This document shows positions 24,086 to 33,639 of a stretch of 51,048 nt of DNA, piece after piece; the first letter of the stretch is position 1; every line of letters begins with the position of its first letter. The stretch is from the IMG/VR virus record IMGVR_UViG_3300005099_000077, positions 1 to 51,048 of that record, one strand, 5' to 3'. This DNA is from a virus (taxonomy: Duplodnaviria > Caudoviricetes). The notes beneath the pieces were generated by a model. The model searched no databases and had not been told where the DNA came from. It saw only the letters and a list, made by a program, of their open reading frames with translations. Both the position numbers and the translations under genes were made by a program.

Positions 24086-26951
24086 GCTTACCGAAACTCC
24101 GGTAGATGAAATTGCCGACCGCACGCAACTGGCGAAGGCTATCAATCAAATTGGTGGACTTGGGCGCACTCGCCATACTCGTATTCACAAGGCTATCGAG
24201 TTAGTTCACGACCGCTTGGAAGCGGCTCTAACTGGCGTTCACAATTGGGATGAAGTTGAGGATATTCTAAGGAATTGGGGACACACCGAACGCGGCCTCC
24301 CGTTGAATCATCAGCAAAGTCTATCGGGCCGCGTTGTGCAGTGGTTCCTGAACAGTGAAGATACCCCTCTGGATGAGATTATAGAGAAGGCCAAGCAGAC
24401 GTTCGCCAAAACCCAGGATTGGAACGAGGCACGCGATGTCATAGTTAAAGGCATTCGAGATGCTGCGGTGAGACAAGCCCCTAAGCTGATGCCCGGCTGG
24501 GTTTGGCGGATGGAAAGTAAGCTAAGCGAAGTTTCTCGTTGGGGTAAGCGCGCCTACTCTGCGCTCTTCCTGGGCTGGAACCCGCAGTATCTGATTAACA
24601 ACTGGAAAGACAACCTGATTAACATCATTCTCGACCTGGGCCGGGGCGATGATGGCCTTTCGTGGGCTGAGCGTTTCTTACTCAAGCACGATAAGGCGCG
24701 GGAATTCTTCATTAAGCACGTTGGCGCTACCCCTGAGCGCTTGGCTCGCGGTTTTGGTGAAACATACCAGACTGGCGTGAAAATACCGGAGGGCCGACGC
24801 CTTATTGATGCCCTACGCGAAAGAAAGTGGCGGGAAGTCGCTCAGCTTCTGAAGCGCGATTTCATTCACGGCCCTACCCTTATTCAATCGGGTCAAGTCG
24901 AGCGTAGTGCTTCAGCTATCGCTACCTACAAGGCATACAAAATTCATTGGACGAAGAACTGGACGCCTGATGCATACAAGTTGCCTGATGAGCTTGCTGC
25001 CCGGCTTGAGGCAGTTAGCCCACGTTTACGGGCAATTATCGAGAACTTACCGGCTACGTGCTATGGAATTGACGATTTGGAGAGGGCCGTAGCCGATGTC
25101 GAACGGATGATAAAAGCGGAGGCTGTGGGCACACGGGCTGCTTACAGCGTGCGCTTTTATATTCAACAGCTTCCCAAAGACCAACGAACGCTTCTCCTCC
25201 AGCGTGAAGATATACTCGAACTTCTCGAAACCGGCCTGAAGAAAGCGAAAACCGATGCCGATGTAGACGAAGTTTTCGACGCGGTACGCAAGCTGCTTGA
25301 TGCCGACCTCGAAACCGTTCTTCGCCACATTCACGAACGCGACTTGCAAACCGTGGGTTGGGCACACCAGACGGTGGACTTGTTACGGGCACGTGAGCCG
25401 TTCACCCACTCGTATGATGATATGCCTCACGTGGCCGAAATGCTGGAAAAGAACACCCACGACTTTGATGTTTTGGCAACTATCGCGCGGCAATCAAACA
25501 CCAGCCTTGACGCCCTGATGAGGCCGATGACCGATGCCGAATTCAAGGCCATCAAGGAGGGCGTGTCGCCGTCTGAGTTGTGGCAAGTCTTGGCAGAGGA
25601 ACACCCGGTCTTGACCAAATTCTTCCCCAACGAGGGGGCTGTCAATGCCTGGGATGTGGCGGATGGGGCAGAAGAGATAGTCCGGGCTACATCCCTTCAG
25701 CCCGAAGGGATGATTACCAGCCGGGACAAGTTCTGGTATGTTTACAAGAGATTACTGCCTGCGGGTCGAAAGGCCGTCCGAAAAGACAAGGAAATTCGCC
25801 TGGCCCTGAAGACGCCAGGACTTTCGCCTGACGCCTGGGATAACGTCGCTGAGAAGATTACCAAATTCGCTGAAGAACACCCCGAATGGGTGTGTCCAGA
25901 CGAGTATCTGGATGAGCTTCAGGAGGCTATGGAGGTCGCTGCGCACTATATCTGGTATAAGAAAGACCCGCAGCGCTGGATTGATTGGGCCAACAGCGAC
26001 CATCACATCGAACGCCTCCCCAGCGATTTACCCAGCCCTTATGATTTACAGAAGCTTGTTTACCCCCGTTTGACTGCGGCTCTCGATACAATCAAAGCGA
26101 GAGTGCGCAAGACAATGGGGGTGGAGGAGGCTTGGGAAGTCCCACGACCTCTTCTGGAAGAATGGAAGAATTGGGTGGAGACTACTCTCAAGCCTGAGAT
26201 GCGGGCCACTATTTATACTACGCTGCGACAAGCCATTGCCGCACGTGACTTTGCCATTCTGGACTATGGCGACCGCACATACCTCGACCTGTTCTTGGGC
26301 CTGGCTTTCCCTTATGAGATTTGGCCCGTCCACAACTTCGGGCACTGGATTGTGCGGTTAATTCAGTCGCCTGCTATAATGGCGAACTACTATCGCTACC
26401 AGCAGGCGATGGAAAAGATTAACCGTGACCCGCTTGTGCCCAGCCGGTTGAAAAAGTGGACGCCGATTGGGACGTGGGCGCTCATCAACGAGGTCTTAGG
26501 CTATCCGGCCAAAGTATATATCAGGCCAGAGCGCGATGCTTTACCTCTGGAAACCATCCCGTTCTTGGGTGAGACTTTCCTGCCCGGTCGGTGGGGCGAC
26601 ATTGGGCGTGGTCGGGAGATTCTCCTTATAGATAACATCCTGAGTGCCAACCCCGCTATCCAAACCGCCGTTTACGCCATTAACGCAATGCTGCCCCACA
26701 TCGAGAAACATCATCCCGGACTTGCGCGCGTAATCAAACGCTACTTACCCGCGTCGCACGTCTTCATAGATGGTTCGTGGTGGTCTATGAACCGGGGTAT
26801 TCGGGGTGGTTCAATCATCTTCCGGGACTTACTTAAGCAGATGGGCATTGATGTCCCGCCTGAAGGTCTTAACCCCGAAGGCGCAATTCGGGATGTTTTA
26901 GGGCTGCCTCGTGTTTCGCTGGGCGTATTGGCGGTATCAGTGGTTGGCTAA
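24078..26951 (+). CDS. Large internal virion (ejection) protein, part 2
   Basis: 957-aa helical ORF; LGWNPQYLINN and RDFAILDY...AFPY motifs typical of podovirus ejection proteins; no good RBS. Confidence 0.7.
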   Translation: MAKLTETPVDEIADRTQLAKAINQIGGLGRTRHTRIHKAIELVHDRLEAALTGVHNWDEVEDILRNWGHTERGLPLNHQQSLSGRVVQWFLNSEDTPLDEIIEKAKQTFAKTQDWNEARDVIVKGIRDAAVRQAPKLMPGWVWRMESKLSEVSRWGKRAYSALFLGWNPQYLINNWKDNLINIILDLGRGDDGLSWAERFLLKHDKAREFFIKHVGATPERLARGFGETYQTGVKIPEGRRLIDALRERKWREVAQLLKRDFIHGPTLIQSGQVERSASAIATYKAYKIHWTKNWTPDAYKLPDELAARLEAVSPRLRAIIENLPATCYGIDDLERAVADVERMIKAEAVGTRAAYSVRFYIQQLPKDQRTLLLQREDILELLETGLKKAKTDADVDEVFDAVRKLLDADLETVLRHIHERDLQTVGWAHQTVDLLRAREPFTHSYDDMPHVAEMLEKNTHDFDVLATIARQSNTSLDALMRPMTDAEFKAIKEGVSPSELWQVLAEEHPVLTKFFPNEGAVNAWDVADGAEEIVRATSLQPEGMITSRDKFWYVYKRLLPAGRKAVRKDKEIRLALKTPGLSPDAWDNVAEKITKFAEEHPEWVCPDEYLDELQEAMEVAAHYIWYKKDPQRWIDWANSDHHIERLPSDLPSPYDLQKLVYPRLTAALDTIKARVRKTMGVEEAWEVPRPLLEEWKNWVETTLKPEMRATIYTTLRQAIAARDFAILDYGDRTYLDLFLGLAFPYEIWPVHNFGHWIVRLIQSPAIMANYYRYQQAMEKINRDPLVPSRLKKWTPIGTWALINEVLGYPAKVYIRPERDALPLETIPFLGETFLPGRWGDIGRGREILLIDNILSANPAIQTAVYAINAMLPHIEKHHPGLARVIKRYLPASHVFIDGSWWSMNRGIRGGSIIFRDLLKQMGIDVPPEGLNPEGAIRDVLGLPRVSLGVLAVSVVG

Positions 26952-29487
26952 CCTGGCTGGTACAGGGGCCATCACCGAAGAGGAAGCGTGGGAGGCATTC
27001 AAGACGAAGAAAGGCCCCGCTTGGGATTTGGCCGTTCAGTATGCAGCCCGTCAGGTGGCTGTGCCTAGTGCGTGGAGTTGGTCTGGTTTGCCTCACGCTT
27101 TCGGGATAGGTAACGTCAAGTTCTATCCTGAGCCTGAGATGACAATGCGGGGCATTGGCCAAATCTACCGCATTGCCCGGCAGAAGTATGAACAAGGCGA
27201 CCGCAATGCCCTGAAGGAATTCTACGAGGTTTACCCTGAATACCGCTTGCGCCAGCTAGCTTTTGGTTATTGGGATGTTGCGTCGGGCAAGATGACGCCC
27301 GAAGAGTGGGAGGAAATCGTCAAGCTTCAGGATGCTGTTCAAGACGCTTATAGGGAAAGAGGCTGGCTGGAAAGGCAATGGGTTGAGGCACAGAAACTCT
27401 ACCCTATTGGGACGCCAGAATACGAGCGCGCTCGTGATTACTTTGCGGAAAAGCGGCGGGAATGGTGGGAGAAAAACGATGAGATTCTAGACAAATGGTA
27501 TAACTACCTGGAAAGAAACCGCAAGCAGTATTTGGAGTGGCGCGATGGCCCCAAGGCGCAAGCAATGCGGACTTTCCTTGACAAGTGGTATGCTGCCAGC
27601 CCGGAGGAAAAGCAGCGAATGCTGGCAAACCTCCCACGCACGATGGAGGATGTCGCCAGGGAAGTTCGCAGTTCGCTAGAGCCTCGCTTGTTTACGCGGG
27701 ATGAAATCCTCCGCTTTATGGCCCGCAACGATGACCCGGTTGATGCGGTTTACCGGGAGTTGAACAACCAGGTTGCTCAGGCGTGGGACTTGTTCTATGA
27801 CGATTACTTCAGCCGGAAGTATCCCGATTTGGTGGACGAGTATGCCGCATACCTGGCGCTAGAATTCCCCGATAACATCCGGTATAGGGAAGCCCATCCT
27901 GAGTTAGACAAAGCCCTCAAAGAGTTACAGGAGTATAAGAACTCCATCCTGGAAACCAAGCTCGATGTAACTAACCCGGAGTTTAAGGAACGCATTCTGA
28001 AGCTTCACCCCGATTGGAGGGGGACGGAGAAAGAGAAAGAGTTAGATGAGGTAATTGCCAAGACGCCCATCTTCACGGTTGCCGAATACACCGACTTGAA
28101 GCACAGCGACCGGGAGATGGTCATCAGCCTTCTCTGGCGATTCTGGAATTCACTCGACCCGAAGTCTTTGGCGCGCAAGCGGGTTAAGGAAGTCTTCGGC
28201 CCTCGCTTCACCGAACTCTTCCTAGGGCAAGAATACAACCAGATTTCTGACCAGGAGTTGGCCCTGTGGTTGCAACTTCTCCCAGCAGATTGGGAGGAGA
28301 AATTGCCTCCGGGCCGGAGACCGCCTTTCGGCACAGGCCCCATTTATATGCCCGATTCTGTCCGCGAGTTCAAAGCTCGCGTTGGGGATGAGTTAGGGCC
28401 TTGGGTGCCGCCTGAGCCTCCAACGCGGGAGAAATATGCTTATCAGCCTACGGCTCGCAAGGGTGCGGAGGGCGAATATATTTCCGAAGAAGAGGCACGG
28501 CGGGCTGCGGAAGAGGCGGCTGCTGAGGCAAAAGAAAAGCTGGAAGAAGGTGTAGAGAAATATACGCCTCCCACCAAGGAAGAAGAGGAAGAATATCAGC
28601 AGGCATACCAACTTCTTCAGCGCGCGCTGAATGGCGAGACAGATTTGTGGGATGACCCGCTCTTGAAGAAATACTTCCCTCCCAATTCTCCATCTCGCCG
28701 CTTTTGGGATTTCTATTACGAGAGTGTACCGCCCGGCAAGTTAGGAGATTGGGCGAGGAATAACCCGCTGATTGCAACGATTCTTGAACGGTCGGTCAGG
28801 GAATACCTGGACGACCAGATTTACCTGGATGCCATCCAGTGGTTGATTGACGAATTACCACGTCATGACATCGGCGACCCTGCGGAATATAAACAAGCAA
28901 GGGAGGAGAACGAACAGTTCTGGTCTCTCCTTACGCCAGAGCTTGAGCCTGTTTATAACGCCTATCGCGCTCTTCCCCCTCGAAGCAAAGAACGGCGCGA
29001 ATTCCTCAAGGCCCACCCCGAACTCCTCGCCCTGTTCGATGCTTGGGAAGAGTTCAAGAAAACTCACCCCATCTACGTCAAATACTATGACCCCGATTGG
29101 GTGCCACGCGAAGCCCGTCGGGGAGGCGGAGGTGGGGGAGGTCGTCGTGGCTATTGGAGCCGTGGCCGAAGTGGAGGTCGCGGAGGGTATAGCCGAATGT
29201 CGTGGCAGGAGTTCGTGATGGACGCAGGCCCGCTTGTGATGGGCGAGCTAATCAACTACTGGTTTGGCCGCGCGGCACTATCACAAGGGGCGCGCAACGT
29301 CTTGAAGGCGTTGCACCGCAAGTATGGCGGCGGAATGGACTTTGAGGAGTGGCTGCTATACTTACGCCGCCTGTTCAGTCGGTTTGGCTCTAGGGCATTC
29401 CGGCGGCCACGTGCGCCTAGGGCAACAATACCAGCAGTGGGTGCGCCTCGTGTGACGGGGCGTGCGCGCTGGCAGTTAAGGAGGTAA
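26911..29487 (+). CDS. Large internal virion (ejection) protein, part 3
   Basis: 858 aa; repeated xxHPEx helices, RGG-rich and Arg-rich C-terminus. Confidence 0.7.
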   Translation: MFRWAYWRYQWLANLAGTGAITEEEAWEAFKTKKGPAWDLAVQYAARQVAVPSAWSWSGLPHAFGIGNVKFYPEPEMTMRGIGQIYRIARQKYEQGDRNALKEFYEVYPEYRLRQLAFGYWDVASGKMTPEEWEEIVKLQDAVQDAYRERGWLERQWVEAQKLYPIGTPEYERARDYFAEKRREWWEKNDEILDKWYNYLERNRKQYLEWRDGPKAQAMRTFLDKWYAASPEEKQRMLANLPRTMEDVAREVRSSLEPRLFTRDEILRFMARNDDPVDAVYRELNNQVAQAWDLFYDDYFSRKYPDLVDEYAAYLALEFPDNIRYREAHPELDKALKELQEYKNSILETKLDVTNPEFKERILKLHPDWRGTEKEKELDEVIAKTPIFTVAEYTDLKHSDREMVISLLWRFWNSLDPKSLARKRVKEVFGPRFTELFLGQEYNQISDQELALWLQLLPADWEEKLPPGRRPPFGTGPIYMPDSVREFKARVGDELGPWVPPEPPTREKYAYQPTARKGAEGEYISEEEARRAAEEAAAEAKEKLEEGVEKYTPPTKEEEEEYQQAYQLLQRALNGETDLWDDPLLKKYFPPNSPSRRFWDFYYESVPPGKLGDWARNNPLIATILERSVREYLDDQIYLDAIQWLIDELPRHDIGDPAEYKQAREENEQFWSLLTPELEPVYNAYRALPPRSKERREFLKAHPELLALFDAWEEFKKTHPIYVKYYDPDWVPREARRGGGGGGGRRGYWSRGRSGGRGGYSRMSWQEFVMDAGPLVMGELINYWFGRAALSQGARNVLKALHRKYGGGMDFEEWLLYLRRLFSRFGSRAFRRPRAPRATIPAVGAPRVTGRARWQLRR

Positions 29488-29490
29488 ACA

Positions 29491-30183
29491 ATGGCAGAGG
29501 AGAAGCTCGAAGGACAGGCCCCTGAGAGTTCCCAAGAGGAGGGGATGTCTCAGGAGAAAACCGGGGTTGCTGAGAAGAAAGCGATGCCCGAAAAGCTGGT
29601 TCCGGCGAGCGACCTCGACAAACTCCGCTCAATCAAAGACCGCGAAGTCGCCCAAGCCAAGAAAGAGGCTGAAGAGGCGCGACAGGCGTTGGCCGCTCTC
29701 CAAGAGCAGATGGCCCAACAGAAGGAGTTGTTCGAGGCGAAGCTTAAACATCTGGAGGAGAAGATGGCCGGGCTGTTGGGCGAAGCTCAGCCTGCTCTGG
29801 AGGAGATTCGGCGGGCCTCGCGCCTTCAGCAAGCCATCGCCCGTTATCGCCAGAACTGGCCAGAAATTCCGCCCGAAGTATTTGCCGAATGTCGGACGGA
29901 AGACGAGGTAGATGCCGCTGCTTATAAGTATCTTAAGCAGCTTGTAGCTGAACGACAAAAACTGGAGAAGGAGATGGCAAAGGCAACGGGGACGAAGCGC
30001 GGTCTTGGCTACGTCAGCGGAGGGCCTTTAACGGGAACCGCTATGCCCTCCGACAAGGACAAACTCGCCAAGATGCGCGAGGAAGTCAAAACCAAGGGAG
30101 TGGACAGGGGCTTAGCTTTCTTGCTGGCCACTGACCCCACCTTGCGGAAAAAGGAAGAGGAGGGCACCAGTACTAAAATATAG
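29491..30183 (+). CDS. Capsid scaffolding protein
   Basis: Acidic N-terminus, coiled coil, directly upstream of MCP. Confidence 0.75.
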   Translation: MAEEKLEGQAPESSQEEGMSQEKTGVAEKKAMPEKLVPASDLDKLRSIKDREVAQAKKEAEEARQALAALQEQMAQQKELFEAKLKHLEEKMAGLLGEAQPALEEIRRASRLQQAIARYRQNWPEIPPEVFAECRTEDEVDAAAYKYLKQLVAERQKLEKEMAKATGTKRGLGYVSGGPLTGTAMPSDKDKLAKMREEVKTKGVDRGLAFLLATDPTLRKKEEEGTSTKI

Positions 30184-30199
30184 TAGGTGAGAGGGAAAA

Positions 30200-31348
30200 A
30201 TGGCTCTAGGGACTGTTCGGGTTGGCCCTGAGAGCACGTTCGCGTCGGAGTTGGCTGGCCTTCAGCCCATTCGGTCTCTCGAAGACCATCTCGATATGAT
30301 TTGTCCCGATGATTATCCTCTCCTCACGACCGTCGGTTTGGGGAGTGGTGGCGCTGTGCATAATCTCAAGTACGAGTGGCAGGAGGACACCCTTATCCCC
30401 TTAGAGGATGCCCTCAATGGCGCAGTTAGCGCAACCACCACCAAGCTGACCGTTGACCACGGCGGGTACTTCCGCCCTGGCGATGTCCTCCTCATCGAGG
30501 ACGAGCTTGTGTGGGTGAAATATATCGAGGGCAATGACCTCTATGTGAAGCGCGGCTTTGCCGGTACGACCGCTGCAACCCACAACGATAACACTGCGGT
30601 CTATAACGTCGGTAATGCCCAGCTTCAGGGTAGTGCCCCCGGTGCTGCTCGCAACGTTGAGATTGCACAGTACTACAACTATCCCCAAATCTGGTCTGAG
30701 GATGCAGAGATTTTCATCGAGGACACTCAAATCGAGTATCACGGGATGTCCGGGGCTGAGCTACTGAACTATCGTCTTGATAAGCGCCTCCGCGAGATGT
30801 ATCAGGCTATGGAGAGGTCTCTCATTTACGGTCGGCGAAATGCCCCCTCCACCAATGATGAGCCTTATGCATCTGGCGGGCTGGCAACGTTCTTGGCAAC
30901 CAACCTGACCGACAAGTCCGGTGCAGCCTTGGAGGAGAAGGACTTAATTGATGTCCTGGAGAGTATCTTCAAGGCTTGCGGTGCTTCCTATGTGCCTGAC
31001 CTGATGGTGTGCAACACCTGGCCCAAGCGCAAAGTTACCGCTTGGTATCGTGGTCTTATCACGACTGAGCGGGCAGAGCGCGTGGGTGGTGCTCGCATTG
31101 ACCGCATCGAGACCGACTTTGGCGACCTCGATATTATGATTGACCACCTGGTCAAGCCCGATGAGTTGTACCTACTGCGGACGGAAGACCTTTCGTCCGT
31201 GACCTTGGGCAACCTGGGCCTGACTGAGTGGGATGCCACCATTCCGGGCAAGGCACATCAGGCACGCCGGGCTTATGGTGTTTACGGTTGGAAGGTCAAG
31301 AACGAGAAGACGATGGCCAAGATTTACAACTTCTCGACGACCTCGTAG
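30200..31348 (+). CDS. Major capsid protein (SU10/phiEco32-like, HK97 fold) with beta insertion domain
   Basis: ICPDDYPLL, YEWQED, NYPQIWSE, MERSLIYG, SGGL, IETDFG, C-terminal VKNEK. Confidence 0.88.
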   Translation: MALGTVRVGPESTFASELAGLQPIRSLEDHLDMICPDDYPLLTTVGLGSGGAVHNLKYEWQEDTLIPLEDALNGAVSATTTKLTVDHGGYFRPGDVLLIEDELVWVKYIEGNDLYVKRGFAGTTAATHNDNTAVYNVGNAQLQGSAPGAARNVEIAQYYNYPQIWSEDAEIFIEDTQIEYHGMSGAELLNYRLDKRLREMYQAMERSLIYGRRNAPSTNDEPYASGGLATFLATNLTDKSGAALEEKDLIDVLESIFKACGASYVPDLMVCNTWPKRKVTAWYRGLITTERAERVGGARIDRIETDFGDLDIMIDHLVKPDELYLLRTEDLSSVTLGNLGLTEWDATIPGKAHQARRAYGVYGWKVKNEKTMAKIYNFSTTS

Positions 31349-31380
31349 CTCTCAGGCCACGGAAAGGTGTAGATTCGCCA

Positions 31381-31414
31381 GGGGAGGCGAAGGTTACTTC
31401 TTACTCGCCTCCCC
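31381..31414 (+). terminator. Hairpin after MCP (terminator or mRNA stabiliser)
   Basis: GGGGAGGCGA/TCGCCTCCCC; no strong U tract. Confidence 0.5.
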
Positions 31415-31453
31415 CTACTACCCCATAGTCTTGGGAGGAACGGAGGGTGAAAA

Positions 31454-31900
31454 ATGGGTAGGTTCTTGAACATCAAGCGTGAGACTGAGATTAAAACCGA
31501 TTGCGTCGGCCTCAACCAGGCGAACATTGCAGACGGCCAAACTGTGTGCATTGGCCATTGGGCTAACCCTGCTGGTGTGGACGTGATGTTGGTTGGCGTG
31601 TCCATCATCTTTGGTGCCGACATCCATCAAAAGGCTGACGGTCAATACTCCAAGCAGGAGTATAAACTGTATGACCGCAAGGATGATGGCAGTGGCACCA
31701 CGCAGGTTGGCTCGACCATTGACAACAACAGCGGCGACCTGGAAGACGACATCGAGCACGACTTCGGCGCATTCGGCTATGTGCTGAACGCTGGGTATGT
31801 GCTAGGCGTCGAGGTGACTTGCACCGACCAAAGTACGTCCGACGAGCAGAAGCCCGCAGCTACCTTGGTTGTGCGGTACATTGAGTGGCCGAATGTGTAA
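31454..31900 (+). CDS. Putative capsid decoration/virion protein
   Basis: 148-aa beta-rich acidic ORF right after MCP. Confidence 0.65.
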   Translation: MGRFLNIKRETEIKTDCVGLNQANIADGQTVCIGHWANPAGVDVMLVGVSIIFGADIHQKADGQYSKQEYKLYDRKDDGSGTTQVGSTIDNNSGDLEDDIEHDFGAFGYVLNAGYVLGVEVTCTDQSTSDEQKPAATLVVRYIEWPNV

Positions 31901-31916
31901 TGACAACTGAATAATC

Positions 31917-31942
31917 GGGGAGGGGGTTTAGTCCCCCTCCCC
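31917..31942 (+). terminator. GC hairpin (partial terminator or stabiliser)
   Basis: GGGGAGGGGG-TTTAGT-CCCCCTCCCC. Confidence 0.5.
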
Positions 31943-31946
31943 AACT

Positions 31947-32345
31947 ATGGCACAGGAGGGAAAGATGGCCAAAAAGAAACAATCACTTCCGGTTTTAATT
32001 GTTACTCAGGGGCGAATGCTCAAGGTCGAAATCGGGCCTCGCACAGATGAACACGCTTATCCTCTTTATCTTCAGTTCTTCCCTTGGGATGTTCCGAACC
32101 CCAGGGAGGGTATCCAGTGGTGTCAGATGTCATTGACGCCACAAGAGTATGCGAAGCTCATAGAGGGGCGCGAGGTCTACCCCGGCTTTGAGACGTATGA
32201 CAAGATGGTCGAGACTTTATTGTCTCGCCCGGAGTATTTGTGCGCGTGCATCATCTGCGGTAAAATGTTTGAATCGCTAGATGACTTGCGCGAGCACTGG
32301 AAATCGCACGAAGCTTTAATTCAGGCTTTGAAAACCACGGAGTAG
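31947..32345 (+). CDS. C2H2 zinc-finger protein
   Basis: CIICGKMFESLDDLREHWKSH. Confidence 0.75.
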   Translation: MAQEGKMAKKKQSLPVLIVTQGRMLKVEIGPRTDEHAYPLYLQFFPWDVPNPREGIQWCQMSLTPQEYAKLIEGREVYPGFETYDKMVETLLSRPEYLCACIICGKMFESLDDLREHWKSHEALIQALKTTE

Positions 32346-32357
32346 TGAGGGAGAAAA

Positions 32358-32690
32358 ATGGCTGTGACAAATCTAGATACGCTTAGTCCCCTGAAGGGTA
32401 GAGTAATTATAGATAGCAACGGCATTCGACTGGCTGCCGGGGCGTGTACCGTCTACCGGCTTGTCGTCCGTGCTAAGGCTTTGGCAAGCGGTTCTGCTAC
32501 TCTGAAGATTTATGACGCCACGTCCATCACCGGCACGCCGGTTATGACGTGGGTGACCAACAAAGCGGGCGCAATCTTAAAGGTGCGCTTCCCCGCTAAT
32601 GGTCACAAGTTCGCCAACGGCCTGCTGTTTGTGTCGGCCAATTCAGGCGAGGAGTTTGAGCTTCTGGACATCTTTGCCGTTCAACCATAA
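32358..32690 (+). CDS. Small beta-rich virion protein (paralog of 16155..16481)
   Basis: Shared LxIYDxTSxxGT and NGL motifs. Confidence 0.7.
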   Translation: MAVTNLDTLSPLKGRVIIDSNGIRLAAGACTVYRLVVRAKALASGSATLKIYDATSITGTPVMTWVTNKAGAILKVRFPANGHKFANGLLFVSANSGEEFELLDIFAVQP

Positions 32691-32703
32691 TCGGAGGTGA
32701 CAA

Positions 32704-33504
32704 ATGAGGGCACGCCCAAGGACGCTGGCCCAACTGGTTGCCACCCTTGGAAAACGCCTGGAGGACACGGCACATCAGCGTTGGCCGCAGGAGGAAAAGG
32801 AGGAGGCTATAAATAAAGCCATCCAGCTTGCCTGGCCCTCCTGGTACGATGTCGTAATAGTCAAGGACACAACCTACGACTATCAAACCTATGAGTATGA
32901 TTTACCTTATGGGGTGGAGGACGTTTTCGCCGTCTACGTCGAACCGGCCACCCAGGGCAAATCGTGGCATCGTCTTCGGGCCTGGCACGTGGAAGGCGAT
33001 GTGCTCTTCTTGCACGAGACGTTAGGCAAAACGTATGATGGCAAGAAGATGCGTCTTGTGTGCATTACTCCTCCTTGGGAATTATTCCCGGCGGGCACGG
33101 CAGACGGCACGGATGGCTCAACCACCGAAGGGCAGTCTACCTTCACCTCGTCTAGTTCGACCTTTATTACGGATGGGGTGGAGGAAGGCGATGTCTTGTT
33201 CATTAAGTCAGGTGCTAACAAGGGAAAGTATCTAATCAAATCTGTGGACAGCGAAACACAGTTGACTATCTATGGAACTTTCCCCGCTACCGCCGATAAC
33301 CAGTCGTTTGCCGTGAACTGGAAAACTACCGTCCCCGAAGGATACATTATCCATCGTGCGGCGGCCAACCTGTTTGAGTTGTCCGGGCACAAGGGTGCAG
33401 GGCAGGATATTACGGAAGATATGGAATGGGCGCAATACCACGCACAGATGGCTGAATACATTATGGAAAGGCAACAGCGCCCGTTCCCGCCACGGAGAGA
33501 CTAA
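32704..33504 (+). CDS. Head-tail adaptor protein with inserted beta domain
   Basis: TLAQL..L..RL.D....W...E...AINKAI; YDLP; helical C-terminus. Confidence 0.75.
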   Translation: MRARPRTLAQLVATLGKRLEDTAHQRWPQEEKEEAINKAIQLAWPSWYDVVIVKDTTYDYQTYEYDLPYGVEDVFAVYVEPATQGKSWHRLRAWHVEGDVLFLHETLGKTYDGKKMRLVCITPPWELFPAGTADGTDGSTTEGQSTFTSSSSTFITDGVEEGDVLFIKSGANKGKYLIKSVDSETQLTIYGTFPATADNQSFAVNWKTTVPEGYIIHRAAANLFELSGHKGAGQDITEDMEWAQYHAQMAEYIMERQQRPFPPRRD

Positions 33505-33638
33505 TGGCCAAGCGTCAACGACTTCGGATAAAAGACGTTAAGTTTCCTCATCTCCGGGATGGGGAGAAAATAGTTATCTCTGTCCCGGTGCAACAACCGA
33601 AGGAGAAAGAACGCCCCAGGCCACCCGCGCGGAGGTAA
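33504..33638 (+). CDS. 44-aa basic peptide
   Basis: MAKRQRLRIKDVKFPHLRDGEKIVISVPV...; TAATG coupling, fills the gap. Confidence 0.55.
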   Translation: MAKRQRLRIKDVKFPHLRDGEKIVISVPVQQPKEKERPRPPARR

Positions 33639-33639
33639 G

